Source of the DNA: Raillietiella orientalis
Taxonomy: Eukaryota
Length of the DNA stretch: 64,000 bases
NCBI GenBank assembly: GCA_036172245.1
Contig: JAYWIR010000006.1
Location: forward strand, 1,426,001-1,490,000
Direction of reading: 5' to 3'
Shown here piece after piece: positions 62,613-64,000 of the stretch. Within the stretch, counting starts at the first letter, position 1, and each line of letters starts with the position of its first letter. A program made the position numbers and the translations under genes. Under the pieces are notes generated by a model, which had not been told where the DNA came from, searched no databases, and saw nothing but the letters and a program-made list of their open reading frames with translations.

Positions 62613-64000
62613 CCTCCCCCCCTCCCCTCCTCCCAACGAGGAGAAGAAGAAGGAAAGCCGCTTTGTTGTTGACCTCTCCGGAGAGATCCGAAAAGGCGCG
62701 GTTCAAGTAGAGAAGCTTCGGTTCGCGAGAATCCCGGTTTCCACAAGACGACGGCCCGCAGCTTCGCTCTCGGGCCGCCGCTCCCGATGCCGGAAACTCC
62801 TCTCTTCAACTCCAAGGATTCGCCGCGCTCGCCGGACCGGCGAATCTGGAGCTGCCGCGTAGCCAATGACGATCACCTCGCCTCTTTGAAAGGTGAGCGG
62901 TTGGAAGAACCGAAGGATGCTGGCATGATCCGCCGCACCTTGTCACTCTTCCCATCCTGAGGAAGAAGGACGCGTCTCGATCCCTGCCGAGCAAGGCTGA
63001 AGGCGTCGCACGTTACCACGTTGCCGTCCTTCGCTTGCGTACCTCGGAGAAACGGTGACGGAGGAACGCGTAAATCACAGTCCTCCGGAGAGATCCTATG
63101 AGAACATCGACCCGTTCTTGTGCCGGGATCCGCAATACAGATTCAGGTGGAATCCTGTCCTTGGTCGGTGTATTCACCGGGGACATCATCCTCTGCGGCC
63201 TTCCTCTACCTGGAAGATGGAAACGCGACCATTCGGGGAGCTTCTCTCCCTCTGCTTGTTGCCGGCTTCTGTGCGACGGGTGTGCAGGTGCAGGCGAGGA
63301 GGACTAGAGAGAGGTTTCCACGCAGGGGACCCTGGAGTTTCCCGGAGGAATTGGAGATGCAGGATTAGCGTCGTTCCGCCATGATTTATGATCGCGTCGG
63401 GTCGCGTTGCTACGACGGAGGCGGGCCGCCATTGCCGCACGGGAACGCGCGGGGGCAGCTGCCAAGCATTGTTGCACGCCGGATGTCGTCGTCGTGCGCT
63501 TGGCATTGTTGCACTCATTGTCTCTCTCCTCCCTCATTGAGGTGCGTGCGAAAAGGGCGAGCCTTCTCCAGGTGCCTTCCCGCTCACGAAGAGGCTGGCG
63601 ATGGAAGAGACTCTCCCGTCGTCTGCTCCTCGGGACTGTCCAGTTACCGTTCCTTTGCTCCTTCCTCCTTCTCCTCGCCTTCCAGCTCCCCTCCTCTGCT
63701 CTCCTCGGAGATCACGGCCTCGGCCGTGGAGTTGCAGGGGTGGGCGGCAGAAGCTCCCGAAGGTGTGGGTGGGCTTCCGGGAGCTTCCCGCACATTTCGG
63801 AGCGATGTTGCGGGAGCCCCGCATGACGAACAGCCGGAGGGAAGAGCCTGAAAGAGGAGGGCAGGTAGCCTTGAGTCAGAGGATCGCCTGCCGTTCCGCC
63901 GCGCTGCGGTCGGGACAGAACACCCCCTCTCCCGTCTTCCCCGCTGCGCTTCCGCCGCGCTCCCGCGAAGGCCATCCGCGGAGCGCGACTCCGAAAGGAA

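Noticed and set aside
63100..63260. Copia-RT-like pieces (IDPFL, LVGVFTGDIILCG, FGEL)
   Set aside because: The catalytic DD is absent, the spacing is too short and the pieces lie in different frames. Could be chance.
1..64000. CRISPR arrays, operons, rRNA/tRNA genes or a prokaryote-type system
   Set aside because: No regularly spaced repeats, no gene-dense structure and no recognisable structural RNA. The sequence has eukaryotic non-coding character.

Overview
This is eukaryotic genomic DNA, most likely from a vertebrate (an amphibian is a plausible guess, inferred only from the repeat types). It is GC- and CpG-rich and full of microsatellites and homopolymers. I find no intact protein-coding gene, RNA gene or CRISPR array, and the long ORFs in the track look like by-products of high GC and low complexity. 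The window reads as a gene desert or very large intron with four kinds of content. (1) Short, heavily decayed non-LTR retrotransposon fragments of L2/CR1, RTE and L1/Tx1 type, including two homologous zinc-knuckle 3' ends at about 2.5 kb (+) and 56 kb (-). (2) Many AT-rich, complex blocks between about 10 and 50 kb with homeodomain and PBX-HOX-type motifs that resemble conserved non-coding enhancers. (3) Two local repeat pairs. (4) An unidentified, frameshifted coding remnant with extreme GC3 at about 51.2-51.8 kb (-), which is the most intriguing unexplained item. All family calls come from motif recognition by eye, and their boundaries are approximate. I see no convincing novel multi-gene system.
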